The notes beneath the pieces are model-generated. The model was given only the letters and a program-made list of their open reading frames with translations, did not search any database and was not told the origin of the DNA. 64,000 nt of DNA from Octopus vulgaris (taxonomy: Eukaryota): the NCBI GenBank assembly GCA_951406725.2, contig OX597829.1, positions 50,158,001 to 50,222,000 on the forward strand. Direction: 5' to 3'. A program made the translations under genes and the position numbers. Numbering within the stretch: position 1 is the first letter of the stretch; every line of letters starts with the position of its first letter. Positions 1 to 12,126 of the stretch are shown here, in pieces.

Positions 1-80
1 TTTTATGTTCAAATTAACCAGATCTGGTCTCTCACACATGCCCTAGAATGTCATTCTAAAACTAAATAATCATATCATTA

Positions 81-985
81 CGAGGTGGTATCAAAAGGTC
101 TCCAGACTAGTTATGTTTAATAAAAAATAACTTATTTACCTAAGTTTTAACATCATTTTCTTTGAAATAGTTACCTAGCACAGCAATATACCAGTTCCCA
201 TGTTCCTGACACTTGGAATCTGTCCTAGAAGTCGTTTTCCATAAGTAAGTCAAGAACTATCTGGATCTTGACAATGGTGACCTTTGGGATGCATTTTCAT
301 CTTGGGGTAAAAGTGAAACTCTGCAGGTGGTAAATCTGGTGAACAGGGGAGCTGTAGAAGTGATACCATGTTGTTTTTGGTGAGAAACTCACAAGTGGGG
401 AGAGCTCGGTGACAGGGTGTATTGTCATTGTGAAGAATCCAATTCTTTGTGATCCACAGATCCAGTCACTTTCACCAAATGTCCTCCCTCAAACACTCCG
501 TAAACATTGCAGTAGAACTCTCAAGTGACTAATCCTGGAGGATGAATTCTTAATGCACAAAACCACATTTCTGGGAGTGATGCTTGTGACAAGACTTCCA
601 GATTGCTCATCATCTTCCAGGGACGTTCTTTCGCTTTTGAAGTCTTCCGTGCCACTTGAAACATTGCATACGACCCATTGCCTCATCACCATAAGCTTAC
701 TGAAACATGCTCAATGTCATGGTAGCAGACTTCCCAAATTTAACACAAAATTTCACGTTGGTTTTTTTTCTTTTTGTTCCAGTCCAGGACAAAAAAAATC
801 ACAGACTACAGTATACACATGATCACAAAAACACAAATTTCACAACTTGTGAAGTAAACATAGCGATATCACTAGGCATACTGTCTCATGAAGGTTACTG
901 CTAGCTCTCACTGTGCACGCAACAGTGTGCTGCCATCTGTTGGCATGCTATAGAATTAGCCCAGGTTCGTTTTAATACCATCTTG
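81..985 (-). mobile_element. Internally deleted, degraded mariner element
   Basis: TA-flanked imperfect TIRs (CGAGGTGGTATCAAAA / TTTTAATACCATCTTG). Transposase remnants: 'FKSERTSLEDDEQSG' and an 'SPDL' region. Confidence 0.8.
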
Positions 986-1587
986 TAAAATCCCAAAGCT
1001 ATGAAAACAATGTGAATAAATAAGCATTACATTTGACAGAGTAATCTCAGTGTTAAAGGGTAGACCTTTTAGCATTTAATCCAGCCACATCCAACCCAAA
1101 TATTCTACCTGTTTTGTGTTCAAACCAGCCATATCCAGCCTCTCACACCTACTCTACAATGTCATTTGAGAATTAAATAATCACATCATTAAAATCTCTC
1201 AGCTACAAGATAATTCTTACTTTCTTTCTTTTATTCTTTTATTTGTTTCAGTCGTTTGTCTGCAGCCATGCTGGAGCACTGCCTTTACTCAAGCAAATCA
1301 ACCCCAGGACTTATGTTTTGTAAGCCTAGTACTTATTCTATCAGTCTCTCTTGCCAAACTGCTAAACACACCACCATCGGTTGTCAAGGGATGTTGGGGG
1401 GACAAACACAGACACACAAACATATACATATATATACATATATATACAATGGGCTTCTTTCAGTTTCCATCTACCAAATCCACTTACAAGTCTTTGGTCG
1501 GCCTGATGCTAAAATTGAAGACACTTGCCCTAGGTGTCACGCAGTGGGACTGAACCCGGAACCATGTGGTTGGTAAGCAAGCTACTT

Positions 1588-3203
1588 TATTTTAAAAGAT
1601 TTTTATTTTATCTAATTTGCCACAGGGGCATTACACAGATGTAGCTTTGCGGGCTGGACATAGACATTAATGGTATGAATGATGGTGATGGAACGAAGAT
1701 GATGATGGGAGAAGATGAAAGCGCCTGCCGACTTCCGCTTCTCTAAAACAATGTTCTTTTTTCAACAAATCATAATGAGGCAATGAACCTCTTACAATGT
1801 TCCTTCAAAATATACAGAAAGTTCAGGTCACCCGGCCGACCAGCTCTCTTGCTTTATTGAAGCACTCAGCCGGTTCCAGGCAAGACCACACAGGTACAAA
1901 TCTATAGGCGTCCTCTGGGAAGGAATTCACGATCCTGCACAGATGGCTATCCCATAGGACCTCCGCAGCCACCTGCGAAGGCCACTCAGGGTCCTCCGTG
2001 CAGGACCGAAGTCCCTCCCATTAGCCTCTCCTTTTCATTTTTCTTATCTCATTTTCAATGGTTCCTCCTTAGTGGAAGAGGACCACATATTTATCCTCCG
2101 GCGGCACAACCGCCTCAGGAGGCTTGGGAGACGCCGTCCGCGTGTTACAATCCGCCGGCGGCGTTCCATTTCTCTTTTTTTTACTTTTTTTCCCTGGGCC
2201 GCGGGAGGGTGAGGTTCCTGTGGTGCACACAATGGGTCCTCTTTTTCTCCCACAGCTCCCGGGTCTTTCGGTGGGTCACCATTGTTGCCCGCCTTTCTTT
2301 TACGTTTTGGGGATGTAACAACCTCCTCGTCACTCTTCTGCTTCTCTCCCTCCGTTGGGGGAGCAGGAAGAGACTCCAACACTAACCGCTCCAGGATCCT
2401 ACTTTGGTCCCTGGGGCAGTTCTTCTTAATGTGGCCGGACTCCAGGCACAGGTGACACTTGGGGGGGGGGGGGGGCATCCCTCGAGCATCACTGGATACC
2501 TGGACCCGGCCATCCTCAAGAAATCTGGAAAAACCAGACTTTCGGCTGATTGGGTCCATAGGGTCAAAACAGCTTTCGACCCCTTCCAATCAGCCGCAGG
2601 CAACATTTTAACACTCAGCAACTTGGAATTGCTACCACCCAGACCCCGGCAGGTAGAGTCCTCTATCCACTTGGGCTCAACTCCGGGTGGTAGGCCACAG
2701 ATCCAAGCTTTTAATAGCTTCTTCCCCATGTAATTTGGCAAGAATAATATTTCTTTGTCCTCAAGGGGCTGACTTGCAAAGTCGCAAGCTTCTTGTGGGG
2801 AGTCAAATAGCAACCAGACCGTTGCATATTTGACTCCCCGTGAGATAAATTTGATGGCTGGCATGTAGTCTGCCAACTCATCCAAAATTGTGGCCTTCGG
2901 GAAGATGGCTATGGTGTCGAGCAACTTCGAATATGTTCTCAACACCACAGTCTTCCTTTCCAGCTCTTTTACCCATTTCTTGGGAGGTGTCAACCCCCAC
3001 ACGAGCAATTCCTTTGTCATTGAAAAACTAGTTCAAAAAAGTTCAAAATACAAAATAAAACACAAAGGGGAGAAGGAAAAACAGAACAGAAGAGAAGAAA
3101 TAAAATAATTAACAGTTCAAGAAAGTTCTTTTTTTTTTTTTTAAATAAATGATAGATCGTAGAAGAGTGTTCAAAATCCGACAAAGGAATCAATATTTCG
3201 GCC
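1588..3203 (-). mobile_element. Non-autonomous non-LTR element with gag-like ORF1 only (Tx1/L1-like)
   Basis: TSD GCTACTT at 1581-1587 and 3204-3210. A-rich 3' end. ORF 3020->2044 with CCHC knuckle CHLCLESGHIKKNC. No endonuclease or RT. Confidence 0.8.
2044..3020 (-). pseudogene. ORF1 (RRM-like region, CCHC zinc knuckle, basic tail), about 325 aa, frameshifted at a G15 run
   Basis: ORFs 2382..3020 and 2044..2589 join across the homopolymer at 2461-2475, giving 'YPVMLEG(C)PP..KCHLCLESGHIKKNCP', a typical LINE ORF1 context. Confidence 0.75.
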
Positions 3204-3603
3204 GCTACTTACCACACAGCCACTCCTGTGCCTGATTAATTCCATAATGATGTGAATAAATAAGCATTACATTTGACAGAGTAATCTGAATGCTAAAGAA
3301 TTAATACAGAAATAATAGCTCCGGGATTTACTTCAAGACTGTACGCATCTGATGTGCATTTTAACCTGTTAACATTTAAACCATCCATACCTGGCTCAAA
3401 TATTCTACTTGTTTTATGATCAAACTGGTTGGATCCAACCTATCACACCTGCCCTAACATGCCACTGAAATCACAAAGCTAAAGATAATGCATGATTTAT
3501 ACAAATCAATGCGGATAAATAAGTATTAAATCTGAGTAATCTAAATGCTAAAGGATTAGTGTAGAGAAATAAATAATAAAAAGAATATTACAAAATTACA
3601 TAC

Positions 3604-3776
3604 TAATCTATATTGGAATCATCCTCTTGAATTGTTTCTTCAATTGGTGTTGGAATTTGTTTAAATTTCTTTTTGATGTTCTTAGATTCTGGACGTTTTT
3701 TTGAAGTTTGGTTGTTCTCTTTTGGCACAAAATTAATGTGAATATTTATGTCACCCACAGGTTTTGATATTGTTGT
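3604..3776 (-). CDS. CEP104: CEP104 linker exon preceding the Zn-finger region (TTISKPVGD...IQEDDSNID-)
   Basis: 173 nt, long T-rich tract plus tag, gtatgt donor, phase 0/2, open frame. Ends where 'LDN/LCIFC' is expected. The next exon is probably left of the window. Confidence 0.75.
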
Positions 3777-4084
3777 CTAAAATGAAAAAAAATGAAAAGA
3801 AAAGAAAAGAAAAATATGGTGAATAAAGGTTTTCAAAAAAGAAAAAAACAGAATTCTAAACAGTTTGAGCTGAATTCTTCGTCTCTCATCACAAGTACAC
3901 CCACTTTTTCCATACTGGCAAGGAATGGATGAGAGTCTTTGAAGTAGAACAGTATAGTCAAAATGCCTTTCCTGGTATTTGGATGGTATCAATTCAAGGA
4001 GACAAACACACGCACGCACACACAAATGAACATATACACTCCTACACATACATACATATAATATATAGAACGTTGTACTCAGAA

Positions 4085-4378
4085 TTGTGAGGTGATGAGT
4101 TTGATTCTCAGACTGAGCTGTGTATTGTGTTCTTGAGCAAGACACTTTATTTCATGTTGCTCCAGTTCACTCAGCTGTAGAAATGAGTTGCGATGTCACA
4201 GGTGCCAAGCTGTATCGACCTTTGTCTTTACCTCGGATAACACTGGTGGCGTGGAGAGGGGAGGCTGGTATGCATGGGTGACTGCTGGTCTTCCATAGAC
4301 AACCTTGCCCAGACTTGTGTCACAGAGGGTAACTTTCTAGGTGCTATTCTTTGGTCATTCATGACTGGGGGGGTACCC
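4085..4378 (+). mobile_element. tRNA-derived SINE family C (CORE-like), degraded; related copies at 26325-26655(-) and 62963-63275(+)
   Basis: Shared block TGTGTTCTTGAGCAAGACACTTTATTTCA...CACTCAGCTG. Confidence 0.65.
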
Positions 4379-6023
4379 TTTTTAAATACACACATACATA
4401 CACGCCTGCAGGTGTGTGTGTTTGTGTATCATTATCATCATCATCATTTAATGTCCATTTTCCATGCTGGCATGGGTTGGACAGTTTGACAGGAGCTTGG
4501 CCAGGCAGAAGCCTGCACCAGACTTCTGTGTCTGTTTCAGCAAGGCTTTTATGGCTGGATGCCTTTCCTAACACCAACCACCCCACAGAGTGGACAGTGC
4601 TTTTTATGTGGTACCAGCTCGGTGGAGGTCAGTTCTGGCATGGTTTTTACAGCTGGACGCCCTTCCAAATGCCAAGCACATCATCATTGTCATCATCTAA
4701 CATCCATACTCCATACTGACATGGGTCGGATAGTCTGACTGGATCTATGTCTGCTTTGATATGGTTTCTATGGCTGCATGCCCTTCATAATGCCAACCAC
4801 TTTTACTGTGTGTACAAGGTGCCACTGGCACTACTGAAGCCAGAGTGCATTATACTCACTTCTACCCACCCCCACCAGCTCCTATAGGCTATCCAACGAT
4901 GTCATTGCCCTCTTTGTATTGTCATAAGATTCCTACCACTTAGACAGCACTCTGGCTTCAATAGTTCCAGTGGCACCTTGTACACACAGTAAAAGTGGTT
5001 GGCAGTATTTCACCTTCCTGTAACTTAAGGGTATTCCATGGCACATCTTTGCCACCACCACCACCACCACCACCACCATCATCTTTTCTCTTTTCCAACT
5101 GGGTTAATTATGTATCTCCTCTCCATCAAGACACCTGTTTCCTGCCCTTTTATCATACTTTAACCTCTTATCACCTGGTATAAAAATTACACCCCCACCC
5201 CAACCACTCAATGCAACATCCCCACAGCTGAGAAGTCTTGTTTTGCAAGTTACATGATGACCTCACTGGTGCTGGTGCCAGTTCTAGGCAAGTTCACCAC
5301 AAACATTTTTGCAGCAGGAAAATTCACCTCAGGATTTTTGGCCATAGGAAATTTTTCAGCAAGACAAAAAAGATTAATTGTTCCCCTTGGTATATAATTG
5401 TTTCAACCAGTAAGAAGGAGTAAAGCAATTTCTTAACTCATTTAAAATTTCTTTATTCATTCAACAAAATTTTTTGTCTTTAAAAAAAAAATCTTCTACC
5501 ATTCTTACCCTATCCCCACAACTCCTTTCTCCCTCGCCGCCCTCCTCCACCTTCTCCTCTCTTCTTCACTTCCTCCTCCCTTCTCCACTTCCTCCTCTCT
5601 TCTTCACCTCCTCCTCCCATCTCCACTTCCTCCTCCCTTCTCCACCTCCTCCTCCTCATTCGACAAAATCCTGAGGCAAATTTTCCTGCAAGCAAACTTT
5701 CCAGATTTGTCTGGTGCCATGTAAAAATCACTCAGTACACTCTGTAAAGTGGTGGGCATCAGGAAAGGCATAGAAACTATGCCAAAGCAAACACTGTAAT
5801 TTGACGAAGTCCTTTGGCTCATCAGCTTCTAGTAAAATAGTCTAACCCATGCCAGCATAAAAAAATGGATATTAAATGGTGATGATGGTAAATCTTAGAC
5901 TACAGTAAAAGTCACTTACCTAAGATCAAATCCCGAACCATTTGGTTGTAGTTTGACCTTCTTAATAAATTAATCAATAAATAAACAAATTTACAAAAAA
6001 ATAAAAAACACTGATTGACTTAC

Positions 6024-6068
6024 AGTTTTTTTGTCATCTGTTCCTTTTCTAGAATAATTTTCTTCCTC
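6024..6068 (-). CDS. CEP104: CEP104 small linker exon (EEENYSRKGTDDKKT)
   Basis: 45 nt, long pyrimidine tract plus cag, gtaagt donor, phase 0/0. Confidence 0.7.
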
Positions 6069-6901
6069 CTGATTGAAAAACAGGAAAAAAGAAAGTTCTT
6101 TATAGTAAATCACATCTCTCATCTTATTTATTTATTTATTATTCTTTTCTTTTGTGTGTAGCAAGATACAAAACTGAATCCTAAAATTGCTAAATTAAAA
6201 TCACAGCTTAGCAACACTTTTTACACATGATCAACCAAGTTATAGATGAATCGGTATTGAGATATCACATGATGATTCTTTCTAGAATTGCTAGACTGTT
6301 CCTTTAAAAAGTTTATAAATAGGCATGTTTTGAGCACAAACTTCACTTTATGATCATCCACAGCTAAGCAGCAAACCACATTCTCATTTTACTGCTTTTA
6401 GCAGTCATTTTCATGACTCTTTACTCTTTACTCAACCTAGACAGAGCCTTACATATAAAGCTTTAGTCCACCAACATGAACCTAGTACGTATATTTTCTC
6501 CTGTCTTGACAGCTTAATTACAAAGCCTTTTTAATCAACTCTTTGTGAGAGCTACAGAATTGGCTTTTCCAGTGTGTAAACTTTATTGATGCATTTTTAA
6601 TTTGTGACCAACAGTGAAATGAAATTCTGCTAATTGTTCACAAGTGTTGTGCATTCATTATATGCAATCTGAGGTATAACTCAACAACCAACATCTCATA
6701 TCTATCTAATGTCATACCTTGTGTATAACTGACAGCAGTAAATACACTTTGTGACACATTATTCAGTCAGAGGAAAATGGACACTTTACAAGACTACCAA
6801 GGAAGTTAACATTAGATCAAAGATCTCACTCAAAAGCCAGACTCTGCTAAGATTTCTTCAGAACCAGATTATGGTGTAAAATCCTGGTAAAAGACAAAAT
6901 T

Positions 6902-6917
<16 letters not shown>

Positions 6918-6953
<36 letters not shown>

Positions 6954-6987
6954 ATGTATATATATGTATGTATATATATATATGTAT

Positions 6988-7024
<37 letters not shown>

Positions 7025-7053
7025 ATGTATATATATGTATATATATATATATG

Positions 7054-7098
<45 letters not shown>
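6918..7098. repeat. (TA)n microsatellite with interruptions
   Basis: Direct reading. Confidence 0.95.
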
Positions 7099-7100
<2 letters not shown>

Positions 7101-7388
7101 AGGCGCAATGGCCCAGTGGTTAGGGCAGCGGACTTGCGGTTTCGATTCCCAGACCGGGCGTTGTGAGTGTTTATTGAGCGAAAACACCTAAAGCTCCACG
7201 AGGCTCCGGCAGGGGGGGGGTGGTGATCCCTGCTGTACTCTTGCGTCACAACTTTCTCTCACTCTTTCTTCTGTTGGCCTGCTCGCTTAGCCAGCGGGGT
7301 GGCGTCAGTTGAAGGCTAAAACAATGCGAAGCGCATTGTGACCAGCGATGTGTCGCAACATCTGATAGCCTGGTCGGTCACAATGATA
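7099..7388 (+). mobile_element. tRNA(Arg)-like SINE; related copy at 34160-34452
   Basis: A box TGGCCCAGTGGTTAG, B box TTCGATTCC. Body GACCGGGCG...GAGCGAAAACACCTAA shared with the 34160 copy. Confidence 0.7.
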
Positions 7389-8279
7389 TATATATACATA
7401 TATGTGCCATGCCTACAAAGTTCAGTGATTCTGGACCTTCGTAGCAAAGCCAGAAAATCCATGGTTTTTAATTTTTAAATATACAGCCGTGATTTCCTCT
7501 TCCCTTCTGCTAGTTTACTTACAATTTCCTCTACTAGTTCCCTGCTCTCCTAATAATCCCTTGATGCACAGGTCCTATTTAACCCTCAGACAAGGGTACT
7601 GGATCACATTACATCAAGGCATGTTCCCACGCAGTGTAGGGTCTATACAGCACGTGTACAAGGACCAGCCCTCCTCTGATCTTGTATGGTTTGACCACAG
7701 GGCCATTTTCTGCCATTTGACTTATAATTGGAGCCCTTGGCTGACACCACCAATCCAAGCCAGTGCAGATCCAGCAGTTGTGAGGCCTCTCAGGTAACTG
7801 GGTTAATTATGCATACTCTACAAACAACTGAACGCTCAGGCTGGAGCCTCACCATTGGATGCTTTTTTTATGTTTTGTTTAAGACATGATTAAGTCAACC
7901 ACTCAATGCAACATGAGCAATGCCTCTGATGGGCTTCCACTTTGAACTAAATTTCTATAACAAGGCTTTGGTTGATCCAAGGCCTAAAGCAATGAATGGG
8001 CTGCAAGGAACCATGTGACAACATATCGTGTTTGACCTTTTATGTTTCAATAACTGGACTGTGGCCAAGCTGGGGCACTGCCTCGAAGAGTTTTAGTTGA
8101 ATAAATTGACCCCAGTACTTAATTTTTTTTTAGCTAATTCTTATTCTATGACTCTCTTATGCTGGAAGGCCAAGTTACAGGGACTTAAGCAAACCAACAC
8201 CAGTTGTCAAGTGGTGGTGAGGGGCAAACACTGATGCAAAGACACAGGCACCATAGCTTCAAAATTTCGATGATGAGAT

Positions 8280-8812
8280 TACTCTTTTACTTGTTTCAGT
8301 CATTTGACTGTGGACATGCTGGAGCACCGCCTGTAGTCGAGCAAATCGACCCTGGAACTTATTTTTTGTAAGCCTAGTACTTATTATATCAGTCTCTTTT
8401 TGCCGAACCACTAAGTTATGGGGACGTAAACACACCACCATTGGTTGTCAAGCAATGCTAGAGGGCAAACACAGATATACAAACATACACACACACACAT
8501 ATATATATATAACGGGACATGAAAATAAACAAAAGACGAAGGCAGGTGGAATACAAACAAACAATTGTATTAGTATGGCGCTCAGGAATATAAATAAAAC
8601 AAGTCTTTTACGTTTCAAGCCTACGCTCTTCAACAGAAAGATACACAGAAAAGAAACACGGAAAGAAACAAGGAGAGAAAAAAAATGCGTGCAGACGCTA
8701 GCGAATCAACATGGCGATCTGATTCCGGCCAGAAGTCAAAGATCAAACGTGAGACACAAGAGCGAAAATAGGGGAGATAACAGGGTCAAATGACCAACGC
8801 CCCAACATAAGG

Positions 8813-8870
<58 letters not shown>

Positions 8871-9031
8871 ACGATGGGCTTCTTTCAGTTTCCATCTACC
8901 AAATCCACTCACAAGGCTTTGGTTGGCCAGAGGCTATAGTAGAAGACACTTGCTCAAGGTGCCACGCAGTGGGACTGAACCCGGAACCATGTGGTTGGTA
9001 AGCAAGCTACTTACCACACAGCCACTCCTGC
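8280..9031 (-). mobile_element. SINE family A with a Penelope-type fragment (about 8511-8812) inside its internal microsatellite
   Basis: Head and tail match family A. The insert is homologous to 30815-31345 and has a hammerhead-like core. Confidence 0.8.
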
Positions 9032-9166
9032 ACTTATGATTATGGTTTTAGAATGACAAGGTAGAGTAAGTGTGAAGGCTGAATCTGGATGGTTTAAATG
9101 TTACAGGATAAAACCTAATATCAAACTGTCATTCAAAATACAAGACAGCTTGTGAAGGATACGTAC

Positions 9167-9259
9167 CACTTTACTGAGAATGGCTTTCATATTCTTGTGA
9201 TTATTCTGCAAAGCATCTACTTCTGAAGATTTCTTCACCGGTTCTTCTAACTTCTGTGG
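9167..9259 (-). CDS. CEP104: CEP104 exon, coiled-coil (PQKLEEPVKKSSEVDALQNNHKNMKAILSKV)
   Basis: 93 nt, cag acceptor, gtacgt donor, phase 0/0, open frame. Resembles 'KQKKEEIKALQGQLAALKEI'. Confidence 0.75.
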
Positions 9260-9466
9260 CTGTGCATGATAGATGACAGAATTATGTTATGATTGATACA
9301 AAAATTAAGAATCAAGAATTCGACTTTGTTGTTGTTTTTAAGATTCAGCTAAATGCTGATCAAGCAGATAAATCTAGGAAAAAATGCATCTCAGCCATGA
9401 CCACCACATCTTTCTCCCACCCCCAACCACAACACCTTTTTTCAAAGAGATAGTAGCATGTGATTT

Positions 9467-9890
9467 TGTCAAACAAATCGACCCCAGCACTTATTCTTTG
9501 TAAGCCTAGTACTTATTCTATCGGACTCTTTTGCCGAACCGCTAAGTTACGGGGACGTAAACACACCAGCATCAGTTGTCAAGCGATGTTGGGGGGAGAA
9601 ACACAGACACAAATAATACACACACATACACACATACATACATGCATACATACATATACGATGGGCTTCTTTCAGTTTCCGTCTACCAATTCCAATTCCA
9701 CTCACAAGGCTTTGGTCGGCCCGAGGCTATAGTAGAAGACACTTACCCTTACCCAAGGTGCCACACAGTGGGACTGAACCCGGAATCATGTGGTTGGTAA
9801 ACAAGCTACTTACCAACCACATGGTTCCGGGTTCAGTCCTACTGCGTGGTACCTTGGGTAAGTGTCTTCTACTATAGCCTCGGGCCGACC
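9467..9890 (-). mobile_element. SINE family A with an inverted duplication of its 5' part
   Basis: Minus-strand copy to about 9813, followed by a plus-strand copy of the head region to 9890. Confidence 0.8.
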
Positions 9891-10667
9891 GCACTGATAA
9901 TAACATTGCTATAGATTACAGAGGCATTGTTTCACTGCTGCATGCTCTTCCTTTCACTAATTCTAGGTTTCCATGGCTGGCTGCCCTTCCTAACACTGAG
10001 CACTTTACAGAGTGTACTAGGTGCTTTTCACAGGACACTGGTACATTAGGCTTCTTTCAATTTCCATCTAACAAATCCACTCAAAAAGCTTTGGTCAGCC
10101 TGGGGCATAGCAGCAAATGCTTGACTGAATTACCATGTTGTGGGACTGAACCCAGAACATTGTGGTTGGGAAGAAAACTTCTTACCACACAGCCATCATT
10201 TTATGATGGACATTTTGCAGCTTCTAAATCCACTGTAAATGTTTTGGTCAGCCAAGGGCTAAATAGCAAAAGTCATTTGTCCAAGGTGTTAAACAGTGAG
10301 ACTGAACCCAAGGCCTTGTGATTTAGAAGTGAATTTCTTAACTACACAACCTTTGCTGTGCTTATGACCAGGAAAAGCTGAGATAGTCATGGTTGGAACA
10401 TGTTTGTTTGTGAGTAAATTTTGATCGAAACTTTAAACGTAGCAGGGATGAGTGACTGGGGTACCTCAGAAAATGAGATACTCAAAAGAATAATCTCTAT
10501 GCCAACCTGAGATCCTGACAATGTGTGGGTGTGTGTGTTTGTGTGTGGGTTTGCATGCACATGTTTGTGTGTGTGCATGTGTTCACGTGCATGTGTGCCT
10601 GTACATGTGAGTGCATGTAAGTATGTATATACGTGTTTGCGAGCATGAGCAAGTGCATGCAGTGTTC

Positions 10668-10669
<2 letters not shown>

Positions 10670-10703
<34 letters not shown>

Positions 10704-10880
10704 TTGTGTACAGTGCTCAGGTGCACTACAACTCATCTAAAGTGTATGTATAATCAGGTGTAGTTTCGGCGGATTTCGGAAAGCATGAGGGCCTTAAAGG
10801 ATGCAGTGTCATGGCAGTCAACAACTGACGCAGGCAGTTTGTTCCATGCTTCAGCAACTCTGAGCGTGAAAAAAATGTTT

Positions 10881-10882
<2 letters not shown>
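10670..10882 (-). mobile_element. CR1-type LINE 3' end
   Basis: 'FFTLRVAEAWNKLPASVV...ASFK' C-terminal motif, short 3' UTR, (TTA)n tail. Confidence 0.75.
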
Positions 10883-10937
<55 letters not shown>

Positions 10938-11844
10938 ATGCCTGTACATGAGTGTTTGCGCATGTGAGTGAGTATATATATATGTGTATGCATGTATGCA
11001 TGTGTGAGTGTGTGTGTGTGTGAATGTGAGCATATATGTATGAGTGCATGAGTGTGCGCGTATGTGAGTATGCACATGAATACAGACGAATACGCACGTG
11101 GGTGTGTTTGTGCGATATTCGTCAGAATCAGATGGGATTCAAAATATCTATAACACATAGCTGAGGAAGGATGATGAGGATGATGATGATGATGATGAGG
11201 AGGAGGAGGAGGAGAAGGAGGGAAAGAAAGCGGTGCAGAAGACTGCGTCAGAGAAAGAGATATGTTGAACATGTCTTTCAGAGTTGACAGCAGAGGAGAG
11301 AAGGAGGAGGAGGAGGTGGAGAAGTGAGGAGGAGGGAGAAGAGGGAGAAAGGAGTTGCGGGGGGGGGGGGGGGTAGGAATGGCAGAAGGTTTTGTTTTTT
11401 TTTAAAGACAATTCGATCAATATTTCAATTAAGTTGTGAAACAAGTATTTTCTGTTTTAAATTTAATTATCTGCGTTACATAGGATGGGTAGATTAAACA
11501 AAAAAAGAACAGTTTATCTAACATGACACACAAATACTTACACATACATACACACACACACACACACACGTTTGCACACACATATACACATGTATACAAA
11601 TACACTCATGCATGTTCATTTTACATAAGCCAACAAGGAAACCTCTACACTGTAGCATGGCCTGCTAGAAATAGCAACAAAGGCCATCTGAAAAATCACA
11701 TCCATAAAAAAAAACAAAAGATACATTAAATAATATAATGTTGGATATACTATTACTGAAAAAATATGTTAGATGGTCATATTTAGAATGGCTTTGAGCA
11801 TGGATTTGGTAGATCAAATTTGATTTGGGGTTTAAACAACAACA

Positions 11845-11875
11845 GCTTTATTTACATTGTTTACATTTGTTGTTG

Positions 11876-11916
<41 letters not shown>

Positions 11917-12088
11917 TGGAATCGAACTCGGAATCTTGGGGTTAGTAGCCTGTGCTCTTAAGCACTACACCATCTTTTTATTTACATTATTTACATTTGA
12001 CGGATATTTGTCCTCATCTTGTTTGTTGTTAACACAACATTTCAGCTGATATACCCTCCAGCCTTCATCAGGTGTCTTGGGGTTGTTG

Positions 12089-12126
<38 letters not shown>

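Larger units (their letters stand above)
1216..3232 (-). mobile_element. tRNA-derived SINE family A, split by the ORF1 element (1216-1587 and 3204-3232)
   Basis: Head GGAGTGGCTGTGTGGTAAGTAGC...GGTTCAGTCCC and tail GCTCCAGCATGGC...GACTGAAACAA match the other family A copies. Confidence 0.85.
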
